In this document: positions 56,124 to 64,000 of the stretch, one piece after another | Layout: every line of letters begins with the position of its first letter | Numbering within the stretch: position 1 is the stretch's first letter | From: Limisphaerales bacterium | GTDB taxonomy: Bacteria > Verrucomicrobiota > Verrucomicrobiia > Limisphaerales > JAYPXF01 | Assembly (NCBI GenBank): GCA_047608975.1 | Contig: JBLFYM010000009.1 | Span: 15,826-79,825, forward strand | Reading direction: 5' to 3' | Length of the DNA: 64,000 bases | Notes under the pieces: generated by a model | Databases searched by the model: none | Seen by the model: the letters and a program-made list of their open reading frames with translations, nothing else | Told to the model about the DNA's origin: nothing | Made by a program: the position numbers and the translations under genes

Positions 56124-57227
56124 ATGTATAACGAAGAACAGCTTCGCCACATTTCAAAACAGTTCCAGATCCACGGCGAGATCCGGCATGCCGAGTTGTG
56201 CAAGATTGGGCACATCAACGAGACCTACACCGCGACCTATGATCAGGGCGGCGTTCCGGTCCGCTACGTGCATCAGAAGATCAACCAGGGCGTCTTTCGC
56301 AAGCCGGCCCAGGTCATGCGCAATTTTGTCAGGGTCACAGGGCATATTCGCAATCAGCTGGAAAACGATCGCGTAAGCGATGTGACTCGCCGAGTGATCA
56401 CCTTGGTTCCCACCCGAAAGGACAAACCGTATTTCAGGGATAAGAACGGAGATTTTTGGCGGACCTTCGTGTTTATTGAACGCGTCCAGACTTTCGAGGC
56501 GGTAGAAACTCCGAAGCAAGCCTATCAAGCCGCCTATGCGTTTGGGCTGTTCCAGAACCAATTGGTCGATCTCCCCTCCCCGCGCCTGCACGAGACCATC
56601 AGCAATTTTCACAATTCCCGGATCCGGTTCGAAAGATTGAAGAAGGCGGTGAATGAAGATCACTTTAATCGCGCCTCCTCCGCAAAGAAGGAAATCGAAT
56701 TCGCTTTAATGCAGGAGAAGATCGTGGACGTGATCCTCAAGGGTATGGCGAGCGGGCGTATTCCCGAACGGGTCACTCACAACGACACCAAATTCAACAA
56801 TGTCATGTTGGATGTCGATTCGGGTGAGGCAATGTGTGTCGTGGATCTCGACACCGTAATGCCCGGCTGCGTGTTGTATGATTTTGGTGACATGGTGCGC
56901 ACGACCACCAGCCCGACGATGGAAGATGAGCCGGACCTCTCGAAGGTTCAGATGCGAATGCCGATGTTCAAACAGTTGGCCAAGGGATACATCAACGCCA
57001 CTCGAGATTTCCTCACCAAACCCGAGCGCCGCCTGATCGCGTTCTCAGGCAAGCTCATCACGTTCACCATAGGAATCCGCTTTCTGACGGATTATTTGAG
57101 TGGGGACACCTATTTCCGTGTGCATCGTCCGCACCACAATCTGGACCGCGTCCGCACCCAGTTTAAACTGGTCGAATCGATCGAGCGCAAGGAAGCGGCA
57201 ATGCAGAAGTTTGTCGACAGTCTCTGA
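56124..57227 (+). CDS. N-acetylhexosamine 1-kinase-like phosphotransferase (APH/NahK family)
   Basis: GHINETYTATYD...RYVHQKINQGVF, catalytic VTHNDTKFNNVMLD, and DLDTVMPGCVLYDFGD. The C-terminal FLTDYLSGDTYF...HHNLDRVRTQFKLV closely parallels bifidobacterial NahK as I recall it. Confidence 0.7.
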   Translation: MYNEEQLRHISKQFQIHGEIRHAELCKIGHINETYTATYDQGGVPVRYVHQKINQGVFRKPAQVMRNFVRVTGHIRNQLENDRVSDVTRRVITLVPTRKDKPYFRDKNGDFWRTFVFIERVQTFEAVETPKQAYQAAYAFGLFQNQLVDLPSPRLHETISNFHNSRIRFERLKKAVNEDHFNRASSAKKEIEFALMQEKIVDVILKGMASGRIPERVTHNDTKFNNVMLDVDSGEAMCVVDLDTVMPGCVLYDFGDMVRTTTSPTMEDEPDLSKVQMRMPMFKQLAKGYINATRDFLTKPERRLIAFSGKLITFTIGIRFLTDYLSGDTYFRVHRPHHNLDRVRTQFKLVESIERKEAAMQKFVDSL

Positions 57228-57232
57228 CCGGC

Positions 57233-58777
57233 ATGGCTTACGAATCCTATGCCGAATTCGTCGACGCCTTGGATCGGGCGGGCGAACTCATTCGTATCGC
57301 GACACCGGTTGCCACCGAACTGGAAATTACCGCCATCGCGGATCGGGAGATGAAGAAACCCGGCGGCGGCAAGGCGCTGCTTTTCGAAAAACCAACCATC
57401 AACGGCGAGTTGAGTCCGTTTCCGGTAGCCATCAACACCCTGGGGTCGTGGAAGCGAATGGCGATGAGCATGAACGCCGACACGGTGGATGATGCCGCCG
57501 CCGAGCTGGGTTCGTTGATGAAGGCGAAACCACCGACCTCCATTGCTGAGTTCTTAAAACTGTTCGGAACGGCACTGGAACTACGGCACGCCAAACCAAA
57601 GTCGGTTCGGACCGGTCCGTGCAAGGAAGTCATTCACCGCTTCGATTCACCTTCAACGCAAACGCAACCCTGGCCGGACGCACCGGATGTCAATGACCGG
57701 AGCAGTTTTCCAAGCCTGCATGAAACGCTCGCCCAGATTCCTATCCTCCAATGCTGGCCCTTGGATGGTGGCAGATTCATCACGTTGCCCTGCGTGGTCA
57801 CCCGCGATCCGGACACCGGTGATCGCAACGTGGGCATGTATCGCATGCAGGTGTACGATGGGCAAAGTACTGGCATGCACTGGCAGCTGCAGAAGGTCTC
57901 AGCCCGGCACGGACGTCGCTACTATGAAAAGGGCGAACGCATGCCAGTTTCGGTCTTCATCGGTGGTGATCCGATGTATCCTTTCTGCGCGACTGCGCCG
58001 TTGCCCGATGGACTGGATGAATTCTTGTTGGCCGGGTATCTCCGTAAGAAATCGATCGGCCTCGTGAAATGCGAAACGAACGACCTCGAGGTGCCGGCTA
58101 ACGCAGATTTCGTGATCGAAGGCTACATTGATCCCAAGGAACCCCTCCGCGCCGAAGGACCATTTGGAGATCACACCGGCTACTACACCCTTCCCGATCC
58201 CTATCCGGTCTTCCACATCACCGCGATCACCCACCGTGCGAACGCTGTCTATCCCGCGACGATCGTGGGAATTCCACCGATGGAGGATTTCTACATTGGC
58301 GGGGCATCAGTGAAACTATTTCTGCCCATCTTCCAGATGAACTTTCCGGAGATTGTCGACATCGCCCTCCCGGCGGAAGGGGTTTTCCATAACCTGGTCT
58401 TCGTCAGCATCCGGAAGACCTACCCCATGCAGGCGTTCAAGATCATGCATGGATTGTGGGGAATGGGGCAGATGATGTTTACCAAGTACCTCATTATCGT
58501 CGATGAAGGAGTCGACGTGCACAACACCAGCGAAGTCTTGTTCCACCTCTGTGCAAATACTGATCCTCAGCGGGATTCGATCATGACCCGCGGCCCGGCG
58601 GATGTCCTTGATCACGCGACTCCAACAGTAGCCGTCGGGAGTAAGCTCGGAATCGACGCCACCAAAAAACTGGCGGGGGAAGGTTTTGAACGCGAGTGGC
58701 CGCCCCTTATCAAGATGGACCCGGCCGTGGAGTCTAAAGTTGAGGGACTCATTGCTGAATTGTCGCGGCACAAGTAG
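57233..58777 (+). CDS. UbiD-family (prenyl-FMN-dependent) decarboxylase, menaquinone-biosynthesis-decarboxylase-like
   Basis: LLFEKP, NVGMYRMQV, EGPFGDHTGYY. The length of about 514 aa is typical of UbiD. Confidence 0.85.
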   Translation: MAYESYAEFVDALDRAGELIRIATPVATELEITAIADREMKKPGGGKALLFEKPTINGELSPFPVAINTLGSWKRMAMSMNADTVDDAAAELGSLMKAKPPTSIAEFLKLFGTALELRHAKPKSVRTGPCKEVIHRFDSPSTQTQPWPDAPDVNDRSSFPSLHETLAQIPILQCWPLDGGRFITLPCVVTRDPDTGDRNVGMYRMQVYDGQSTGMHWQLQKVSARHGRRYYEKGERMPVSVFIGGDPMYPFCATAPLPDGLDEFLLAGYLRKKSIGLVKCETNDLEVPANADFVIEGYIDPKEPLRAEGPFGDHTGYYTLPDPYPVFHITAITHRANAVYPATIVGIPPMEDFYIGGASVKLFLPIFQMNFPEIVDIALPAEGVFHNLVFVSIRKTYPMQAFKIMHGLWGMGQMMFTKYLIIVDEGVDVHNTSEVLFHLCANTDPQRDSIMTRGPADVLDHATPTVAVGSKLGIDATKKLAGEGFEREWPPLIKMDPAVESKVEGLIAELSRHK

Positions 58778-58831
58778 CTGAGTTTTGCTTTTTGCTCGCA
58801 AGTTCACACCTCGCGGGATATTGCGTCCTTA

Positions 58832-59278
58832 GTGGAAGTTCAAATCGCCAGCTTATGTGACTGCGCCGCTGACTACGGCGGCGGCAAACTCAGTTTCCTC
58901 GGAGCCTTCGACACCATATTGGTCCAGAACTTCCCCGCCGTTCATCCACATTGCTCGGTGGCACTACGAATCATTTTTCGCGATACCGACGAAGGCGAAC
59001 ATGATCTTCAACTGACGATGATCGATGAAGATGGGCGGAATCAGCTGCCTAATCTGCCCCCCGCCCGCATCAACGTGAAGCTGGGCGAACACATGTTTTT
59101 TTCCAGCAACAATTTCGTATTCAACCTCCAGGGGCTACAGTTTCCCGCTGCCGGTCAGTACTCCATCGATATCACTATGGATAAGACGATCATCGCGCGA
59201 ATCCCGCTGCAGGTGATCCAGGTTCAGGCCGGTCAGATGCCCGGCCCACAACCGCCCCCTGCCCCACCGACGGGCTGA
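58832..59278 (+). CDS. Hypothetical protein (beta-rich, Pro-rich tail)
   Basis: GTG-start ORF of 148 aa with a coding-like composition. I cannot confidently name a family. Confidence 0.5.
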   Translation: MEVQIASLCDCAADYGGGKLSFLGAFDTILVQNFPAVHPHCSVALRIIFRDTDEGEHDLQLTMIDEDGRNQLPNLPPARINVKLGEHMFFSSNNFVFNLQGLQFPAAGQYSIDITMDKTIIARIPLQVIQVQAGQMPGPQPPPAPPTG

Positions 59279-59284
59279 TTCGCG

Positions 59285-60022
59285 ATGTTTGGATTCGACC
59301 CTGACACAACGATTGCGGATCTCACAGAGTCCGCTGACGCGCCAACAATTCGAAATTACCGCAGCGACGTTCTGATCGGTTCACTCGGGTTCTGCATTAT
59401 CAGCCTGCTCGTATTTGCGATCTGGGCCTTTGCTGGCCGCGCACTTTCGAGATCGATCGGAGAAGGCGGTTTCTATGCGGTCTGTGCGGTCGCGTTCGTG
59501 GGACTTTCCGGAGTGCTGTTCGACCGTCAGGTGTTCGGACGTCGCACGCTGGGAAAGTTCTATCTGCTCTTCACCACGGCGTTCTTCGCATACTCGACAC
59601 TCTGGTGCGTCGCCTGGTTCCTCTTCCGACGACCGAGCACAGAATGGTATGGCTTCCTCACCGGGCCGCGGCCCGCCGGGGTAGAGGGCGCTCTGCTGGG
59701 TATCATGGCAATGGCGGCCGTGCTTTGCCGTGGATTTCGAAACTGGAAGCCCTTCGGCATCATTTGCGTGATCCTTTTTGCAACCAACGCGGTCGGGTAT
59801 TTCCTTGGTGACGCGACCTTCAGTTGGCTGCTGAGTGAAAATGCAGCGGAGTCCCTGTCATTGACGAAAGCCAATCGGATCCTGCTGGCGAAATTGAGTT
59901 GGGGGCTATTCTACGGACTTGGATTTGGCTACGGAATCGCAGATGCACTCTACCGGCTGCAATCTCCGATCTGGGAGCACTTGAGTTCCACTCCGAACGC
60001 AACCAAGTCGCCCCCGGTCTGA
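59285..60022 (+). CDS. Hypothetical polytopic membrane protein
   Basis: 245 aa with about 6 hydrophobic helices. It lies 6 nt after the preceding ORF. Confidence 0.55.
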   Translation: MFGFDPDTTIADLTESADAPTIRNYRSDVLIGSLGFCIISLLVFAIWAFAGRALSRSIGEGGFYAVCAVAFVGLSGVLFDRQVFGRRTLGKFYLLFTTAFFAYSTLWCVAWFLFRRPSTEWYGFLTGPRPAGVEGALLGIMAMAAVLCRGFRNWKPFGIICVILFATNAVGYFLGDATFSWLLSENAAESLSLTKANRILLAKLSWGLFYGLGFGYGIADALYRLQSPIWEHLSSTPNATKSPPV

Positions 60023-60114
60023 TCTCCAAAAAGTATCGATTCCCGGAAATTGGACTTGCACGGTTGAGTCCCCCTCGACTAGGTTCCACGCCCTTCGCCT
60101 TTGGTGAAGACGGT

Positions 60115-60189
60115 GGGTTGGTAGCTCAATGGTAGAGCAGCGGCCTTTTAAGCCGTTGGTTCTCGGTTCAAGTCCGAGCCAGCCTACCA
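60115..60189 (+). tRNA. tRNA-Lys (anticodon UUU), CCA encoded
   Basis: Cloverleaf folded by hand. Acceptor stem GGGTTGG/CCAGCCT with two G-U pairs. D arm GCTC-AATGGTA-GAGC. Anticodon arm GCGGC-CTTTTAA-GCCGT (anticodon TTT). Variable loop TGGTT. T arm CTCGG-TTCAAGT-CCGAG. Discriminator A, then CCA. Confidence 0.9.
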
Positions 60190-60224
60190 CCTCTTTTCCT
60201 CTCCTTTGTTCGCCTCTCGACGGG

Positions 60225-60446
60225 CTACTGCTTTATTTTTCCGATCAGCCACATCAGGAACGACAGCCCGACACTGATGAGCACACAGGTGACGATCGGG
60301 AAATGAAAGCTGTAGTTCTCCCGCGAGACATTGATGTCCCCCGGCAATCGGCCGATTGGTGTGCGCGCTCCACCCAGCCAAATGAATAGTCCGATGGCAC
60401 AAAGAACGACGCCTGCAATGAAGATCCCTTTGCCAACGTCTTGCAT
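60225..60446 (-). CDS. DUF2905-family small membrane protein
   Basis: 73 aa with two TM helices flanking GRLPGDI...F.FP, the DUF2905 hallmark as I recall it. Confidence 0.7.
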   Translation of the reverse strand: MQDVGKGIFIAGVVLCAIGLFIWLGGARTPIGRLPGDINVSRENYSFHFPIVTCVLISVGLSFLMWLIGKIKQ

Positions 60447-60467
60447 CTTTGTCGGGACCGCGCAGGT

Positions 60468-61184
60468 CTAATGCTCCAAGGCCGCCAGAATAGCGCGAGC
60501 CACATCGTCACCCAACGCCTTGGAACCTTCCGCGGTGTAGTGCACGTTTGCGGGACGCATGAGTTCTTTCATCCGTTCCTTGCTCATCGTAAACAGATCA
60601 TGAGTCGGGATGCCGTGTTTCTTCATGATCTTCGCTGCGACTTTGTTGTAAGCTGCGGAGTCGCCGACATAGCGTCCCTTCGCACCCGGAGGCACCGGAG
60701 TCGTGTTACGCCAAATCAGTTTCGCGCCCGTCTTCTTCATCCGGTTCACCAAGATTTCGAGATTCTTCGCATAGGCGTCCGGAGCGACCTGTTGATGGCC
60801 GCCCTTTTCTTTGGGAAAAAGATTCTCTCCTTTGGGCCCCATGTATTTCAGGTCGTGGAGGCCCCAGTTGAAATGAATGACGTCCCATTTGCCATCGCCG
60901 AGCCATGCGTCGATCTCGGCGACGCCCTTGGTGGTCGGGCCGCAATTGGTCCGCGGACGATGCACGTTTGCTTTGCCCTTCAGCGCCATCCGGGTGGGAA
61001 CGGTGTAACCGATTGAAATTGAATCACCGATAATCAGAACTCGGGGAAGTCCGGGCACATCCTTCACAGCGGCCATCGCCGAATTGGGTTTACGAGCGGG
61101 TTTCTTGGCCTTCTTTGCAGCGGCGACCGAATCTGTCGATGAAACGGCGATCATAAGGGCAATGGCGACGGGAATGATTTTCAT
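60468..61184 (-). CDS. Secreted SGNH/GDSL-family hydrolase
   Basis: Signal peptide. Block I is VLIIGDSISIGY. Later come a GxND-like block and IHFNWGLHD. The C-terminal DDVARAIL provides a DxxH-like region. Confidence 0.75.
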   Translation of the reverse strand: MKIIPVAIALMIAVSSTDSVAAAKKAKKPARKPNSAMAAVKDVPGLPRVLIIGDSISIGYTVPTRMALKGKANVHRPRTNCGPTTKGVAEIDAWLGDGKWDVIHFNWGLHDLKYMGPKGENLFPKEKGGHQQVAPDAYAKNLEILVNRMKKTGAKLIWRNTTPVPPGAKGRYVGDSAAYNKVAAKIMKKHGIPTHDLFTMSKERMKELMRPANVHYTAEGSKALGDDVARAILAALEH

Positions 61185-61389
61185 AGTGGTAACGGGTCGG
61201 ATATCGCCTCATTTGTAGTCCGCCGGAGAGACACACTCAATCTGCAAATTCAGCGTGATATCCACCGACTGCATTGTCTCCCGTAGTCGATCAAACCGGT
61301 CCCACCGGCGCAATTCGTTCATTGCCGCGGGAGGAAAAGAAGTCGACTTGCATGACACTTTGACTGCAATCGGAGCCCAGCGGCTGCGG

Positions 61390-62160
61390 TCAAGCACCTG
61401 CGCAGCAGCTGCTCCCGGATGGGCGAACGCGGACTTTCTGAAAATTCATCGACCGCATATCTCCGGTAAGCAAACGCCCAATCAACGGCTCACCACAGCC
61501 GGTGGCAAGTTTGACAATCTCACTCGCTGCCATGGATCCGACCGTCGATGAAACCGCTCCCAACACTGGGAACTGCCGTTTCCAATACGGCGGTGACTCG
61601 GGATACACGCAACGCATGCAGGGTCCCCTGCCTACCCCGCTCCCCGCCCAGTAGACGCTGAGCTGAATTTCAAAATCGAACATGGCCGCATCCACCATTG
61701 GCTTACCCGCACGCACGCAGGCGTCGTTCATGGCGAATCGTTCAGGAAAGAGCGGCGCACAACTCGCCACCATGTCTGTCCTGGCAACCAGTGCGTCGAC
61801 ATTCTCTTCAGAGACATTCTCGGGAACGACCTCGATTTCGATGTGCGGATTAAATTCTTTCAATCGCCGTTCAATGGAATCCGCGCGCGAAGATCCGAGT
61901 CCCGCGTCGGTCATGAGCAACTGACGATTCAGGTCGCTGGGTTTGATATTGCCCGCATGAGCGATTACCAGTTTCCCAATCCCTGCCGCCGCCAGTTGCA
62001 GCGCGACGACGCCGCCGACGCCACCGCAACGCGAGATCAGAACCGAAGTATTCTTCAGGCGACGTTGGCCCAATTCCCCAATTCCGGGGCACCACATCTG
62101 CCACTCATAGCGTGCCCGATCCGTCTCGGTCAGTTCGGGCAATTCATCAAGCGAATCCAT
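61390..62160 (-). CDS. ThiF/MoeB/HesA-family E1-like adenylyltransferase
   Basis: Start MDSLDELPELT at 62160. RYEWQM (the RYxRQ-like motif), nucleotide loop ISRCGGVGGVVALQLAAAGIG, DLNRQ, and a CMRC pair. It overlaps the ABC ATPase stop by 14 nt. Confidence 0.8.
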   Translation of the reverse strand: MDSLDELPELTETDRARYEWQMWCPGIGELGQRRLKNTSVLISRCGGVGGVVALQLAAAGIGKLVIAHAGNIKPSDLNRQLLMTDAGLGSSRADSIERRLKEFNPHIEIEVVPENVSEENVDALVARTDMVASCAPLFPERFAMNDACVRAGKPMVDAAMFDFEIQLSVYWAGSGVGRGPCMRCVYPESPPYWKRQFPVLGAVSSTVGSMAASEIVKLATGCGEPLIGRLLTGDMRSMNFQKVRVRPSGSSCCAGA

Positions 62161-62800
62161 TTGGCAACTCCTCCACCCCGCCCTCATCCAGTTGGAACAC
62201 GATGTCAGCCAGACGTTCCGCTTCCTGCCGGCTGTGCGTGATGTGTAGTGCCGTCAGCTTATGTTCCCGCTGAATCTCTTTCAGCAAATCAGCAACCTCG
62301 TCGCGCGTATCCTCGTCCAACGCCGACAAAGGTTCATCGAACAGAAGAACTTCGGGCCTGGCAGCCAAGGCGCGTCCCAGCGCGATTCGTTGCTTTTCAC
62401 CACCTGACAATCCCGGTGGTTTGCGATCTAGCAAATGCGTCACGGAAAGTTGCTCGGCCAACGCCTCGACCATCGCGTCTTTCTCATCCTGCGGCGTCCG
62501 CTTTAGTCGCAGCGCAAAGCCGATCTGTTCGCGCGCGGTCATGGTGGGAAAGAGCGCGCCATCCTGCGGGACATAGCCCAATCCGCGTTTGGCTGGCGAC
62601 AGATCTTGAACCTCACGATTGCCGATGATGATCCGTCCACAATCGGGCCAGCGAAGCCCGCAGATCAGTTCGACGATACTCGTCTTGCCAGATCCGGTTC
62701 GCCCCATCAAAACGGCATACTTTCCAGTGGGAACCGTAAAGCTGACGTCCTTCATTTCAAAATCCCCGGCGGCCCAACTGATGCGATCGAGGCGAATCAT
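62147..62800 (-). CDS. ABC transporter ATP-binding protein (short ModC/CysA-like, no C-terminal regulatory domain)
   Basis: Walker A GRTGSGKTS, signature LSGGEKQR, Walker B LLFDEPLSALD, H-loop ITHS. Confidence 0.9.
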   Translation of the reverse strand: MIRLDRISWAAGDFEMKDVSFTVPTGKYAVLMGRTGSGKTSIVELICGLRWPDCGRIIIGNREVQDLSPAKRGLGYVPQDGALFPTMTAREQIGFALRLKRTPQDEKDAMVEALAEQLSVTHLLDRKPPGLSGGEKQRIALGRALAARPEVLLFDEPLSALDEDTRDEVADLLKEIQREHKLTALHITHSRQEAERLADIVFQLDEGGVEELPNGFA

Positions 62801-63660
62801 ATTCGTTCTCCCAACCAGCGAACCGTGACCAGCACGATCATCGCAAAAACGACCATCAGGATACTGACGGCAACGGCCTCCTCCAGATTTCCCACGCTCA
62901 TTTCGAGCCAGACCGTCGTCGGGAGAACTTCGGTCTTCATTCGCGCCGCCCCGGCAAAAACCAGGATGGGACCAAACTCACCGAGGCTTCTCGCCCACGC
63001 CACGCTCATTGAAGCCAGCATGCCGCGCCAGGCTGCCGGAAGCGTCACCAGGCAAACAGCCATCCCGCGTGAACAGCCCAGCGTCATCGCCACATCTTCG
63101 GGCCGGGAAGAAAGATGATCGAAGGTGCCCCGCATCGTGCGGATTGCGAACGCGGCACCGATGACGAACTGCGCCAACACCACGCCATAGACTGTGTAGG
63201 TAAATTTTTGACTGCTCTCCTCAATCCAGTTTCCAAACGCAGTCTGGAAGAAGATCAGCAGACACAGACCAATCACCATTGGCGGCAGGACGATCGGGAT
63301 ATCCAGGATCGACTCGACAAAATTCTTTCCCCAGAACTTGCCCCGCGCCAAGAGGTAGCCGATCGGGACCGCCACCAGCAGGCTCAGCAACGCGCTCAAG
63401 GTGCAGGTCACCAGACTCAACTTGATCGAATGCTGAATCTCCCGGCTCTCCAATGCGGACACCATGTCCTGCGGGGAGCTGTAGGCCGCGGTCGCCTGCA
63501 GCAGCAGGAAGATGAAGATCACATAGGCGGCCGTGACGGCACCGATGCTTGCCCAGAACGGCGAGAATCGGAGAGGAAAACCCCGGCGGGCCAGTTTCTC
63601 TGGGGGCGGGATAATGATCACCGGCACCAGAACGTCTAGCGGGATGTCTGGCAGCAGCAT
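62797..63660 (-). CDS. ABC transporter permease (ModB/CysT-like oxyanion type)
   Basis: About six TM helices. The EAA-region string ARSLGEFGPILVFAG resembles ModB-type permeases. 4-nt overlap with the ATPase gene. Confidence 0.8.
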   Translation of the reverse strand: MLLPDIPLDVLVPVIIIPPPEKLARRGFPLRFSPFWASIGAVTAAYVIFIFLLLQATAAYSSPQDMVSALESREIQHSIKLSLVTCTLSALLSLLVAVPIGYLLARGKFWGKNFVESILDIPIVLPPMVIGLCLLIFFQTAFGNWIEESSQKFTYTVYGVVLAQFVIGAAFAIRTMRGTFDHLSSRPEDVAMTLGCSRGMAVCLVTLPAAWRGMLASMSVAWARSLGEFGPILVFAGAARMKTEVLPTTVWLEMSVGNLEEAVAVSILMVVFAMIVLVTVRWLGERI

Positions 63661-63666
63661 GGTCTT

Positions 63667-64000
63667 TCAGCCGGCGGGACTTTTGGTGAACGAAGAAACA
63701 CCGCTTTGCTTCATGCTGATAAACCCAACGACGATCAGAATCGCCGCACCGATGATGTCCAAAATCGGAATTTGGGTCCCGGCACGGCCCGGAAACAACG
63801 AAAAGGCCGCCGCCACAAGCAGTGTGATCCGAAGCGAAACTGTGAGTGGCGCAAAGAAGAATCCGGCCAAGGCCGCTGCCAACGCCACGATCCCGATCAC
63901 CGCCGCGAGCACGGCGAGGACTACTTTTATTATCACCAGGTCTCCTCCGGCAGGGGCCAGCAGCAACAGTTCTGGGCGATACACAAACATGAACGGCAGC
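63667..64000 (-). CDS. Hydrophobic membrane protein, possibly truncated by the right window edge
   Basis: ORF 63667..63990 encodes about 3 TM helices. The frame stays open upstream of the ATG to position 64000, so the true start may lie outside the window. Confidence 0.45.
   Translation of the reverse strand, partial: LPFMFVYRPELLLLAPAGGDLVIIKVVLAVLAAVIGIVALAAALAGFFFAPLTVSLRITLLVAAAFSLFPGRAGTQIPILDIIGAAILIVVGFISMKQSGVSSFTKSPAG

Noticed and set aside
61209-61397. Small ORF after the ThiF/MoeB-like gene as a ubiquitin-like or MoaD/ThiS sulfur carrier
   Set aside because: It has no C-terminal Gly-Gly (it ends ...SPADYK), and its composition gives no sign of a beta-grasp fold. I left it as an unassigned ORF only.
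1-63660. Treating the ModA-like binding protein at the left edge and the ModB/ModC-like genes at the right edge as one transporter
   Set aside because: They lie about 60 kb apart in different operons. Nothing in the sequence links them.
1-64000. CRISPR arrays, rRNA genes, prophage or defence islands, integrons
   Set aside because: I saw no regularly spaced direct repeats, no rRNA-like sequence, and no integrase, recombinase, phage structural, restriction or Cas-like ORFs on either strand.

Overview
The window is a gene-dense chromosomal segment of about 57% GC, read on both strands. Its gene content points to the PVC superphylum (Verrucomicrobiota or Planctomycetota). That content includes two DUF1549/DUF1553 + DUF1501 gene pairs, two formylglycine-type sulfatases, secreted xylose-isomerase-like TIM-barrel proteins, a giant PQQ-propeller/LamG protein and HEAT-repeat proteins. 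Housekeeping genes are hemL-ruvX-truA-trmL, pyrE, rluD, a UbiD-family decarboxylase and tRNA-Lys(UUU). I found no rRNA, CRISPR array, prophage or intact mobile element. The only mobile trace is a roughly 60-codon transposase C-terminal relic.

The most notable locus is at 13.36-17.58 kb on the minus strand. It encodes an Mpa/ARC-type AAA+ unfoldase, a Dop-like Pup-ligase-family enzyme, and a tightly wedged 57-aa ORF. That ORF shows up in the track only as the tail of a longer ORF. It ends in ...YRQRTGQ, which matches the UBact (Pup-like modifier) signature. A proteasome beta subunit with an intact Thr1/Asp17/Lys33 set follows. No alpha subunit and no PafA-type ligase lie in the window; a B12-binding radical SAM (DUF4080) gene follows instead.

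Other points of interest:
- a type IV pilus motor block, pilB-pilT-pilB'-pilC, with a Lys/Gly microsatellite-encoded insertion in PilC
- a HEAT-repeat protein translationally coupled to a processive GT2 synthase, placed divergently from two tandem gmd paralogues
- an operon joining the PQQ/LamG giant, an unknown Cys-rich anchored protein and a fused double ModA-like binding protein
- an ArsS-like radical SAM gene overlapping an LRR gene next to the transposase relic
- a MoeB/ThiF-like E1 gene overlapping a ModBC-like ABC transporter

All functional calls come from motif recognition by eye. No database search was run.
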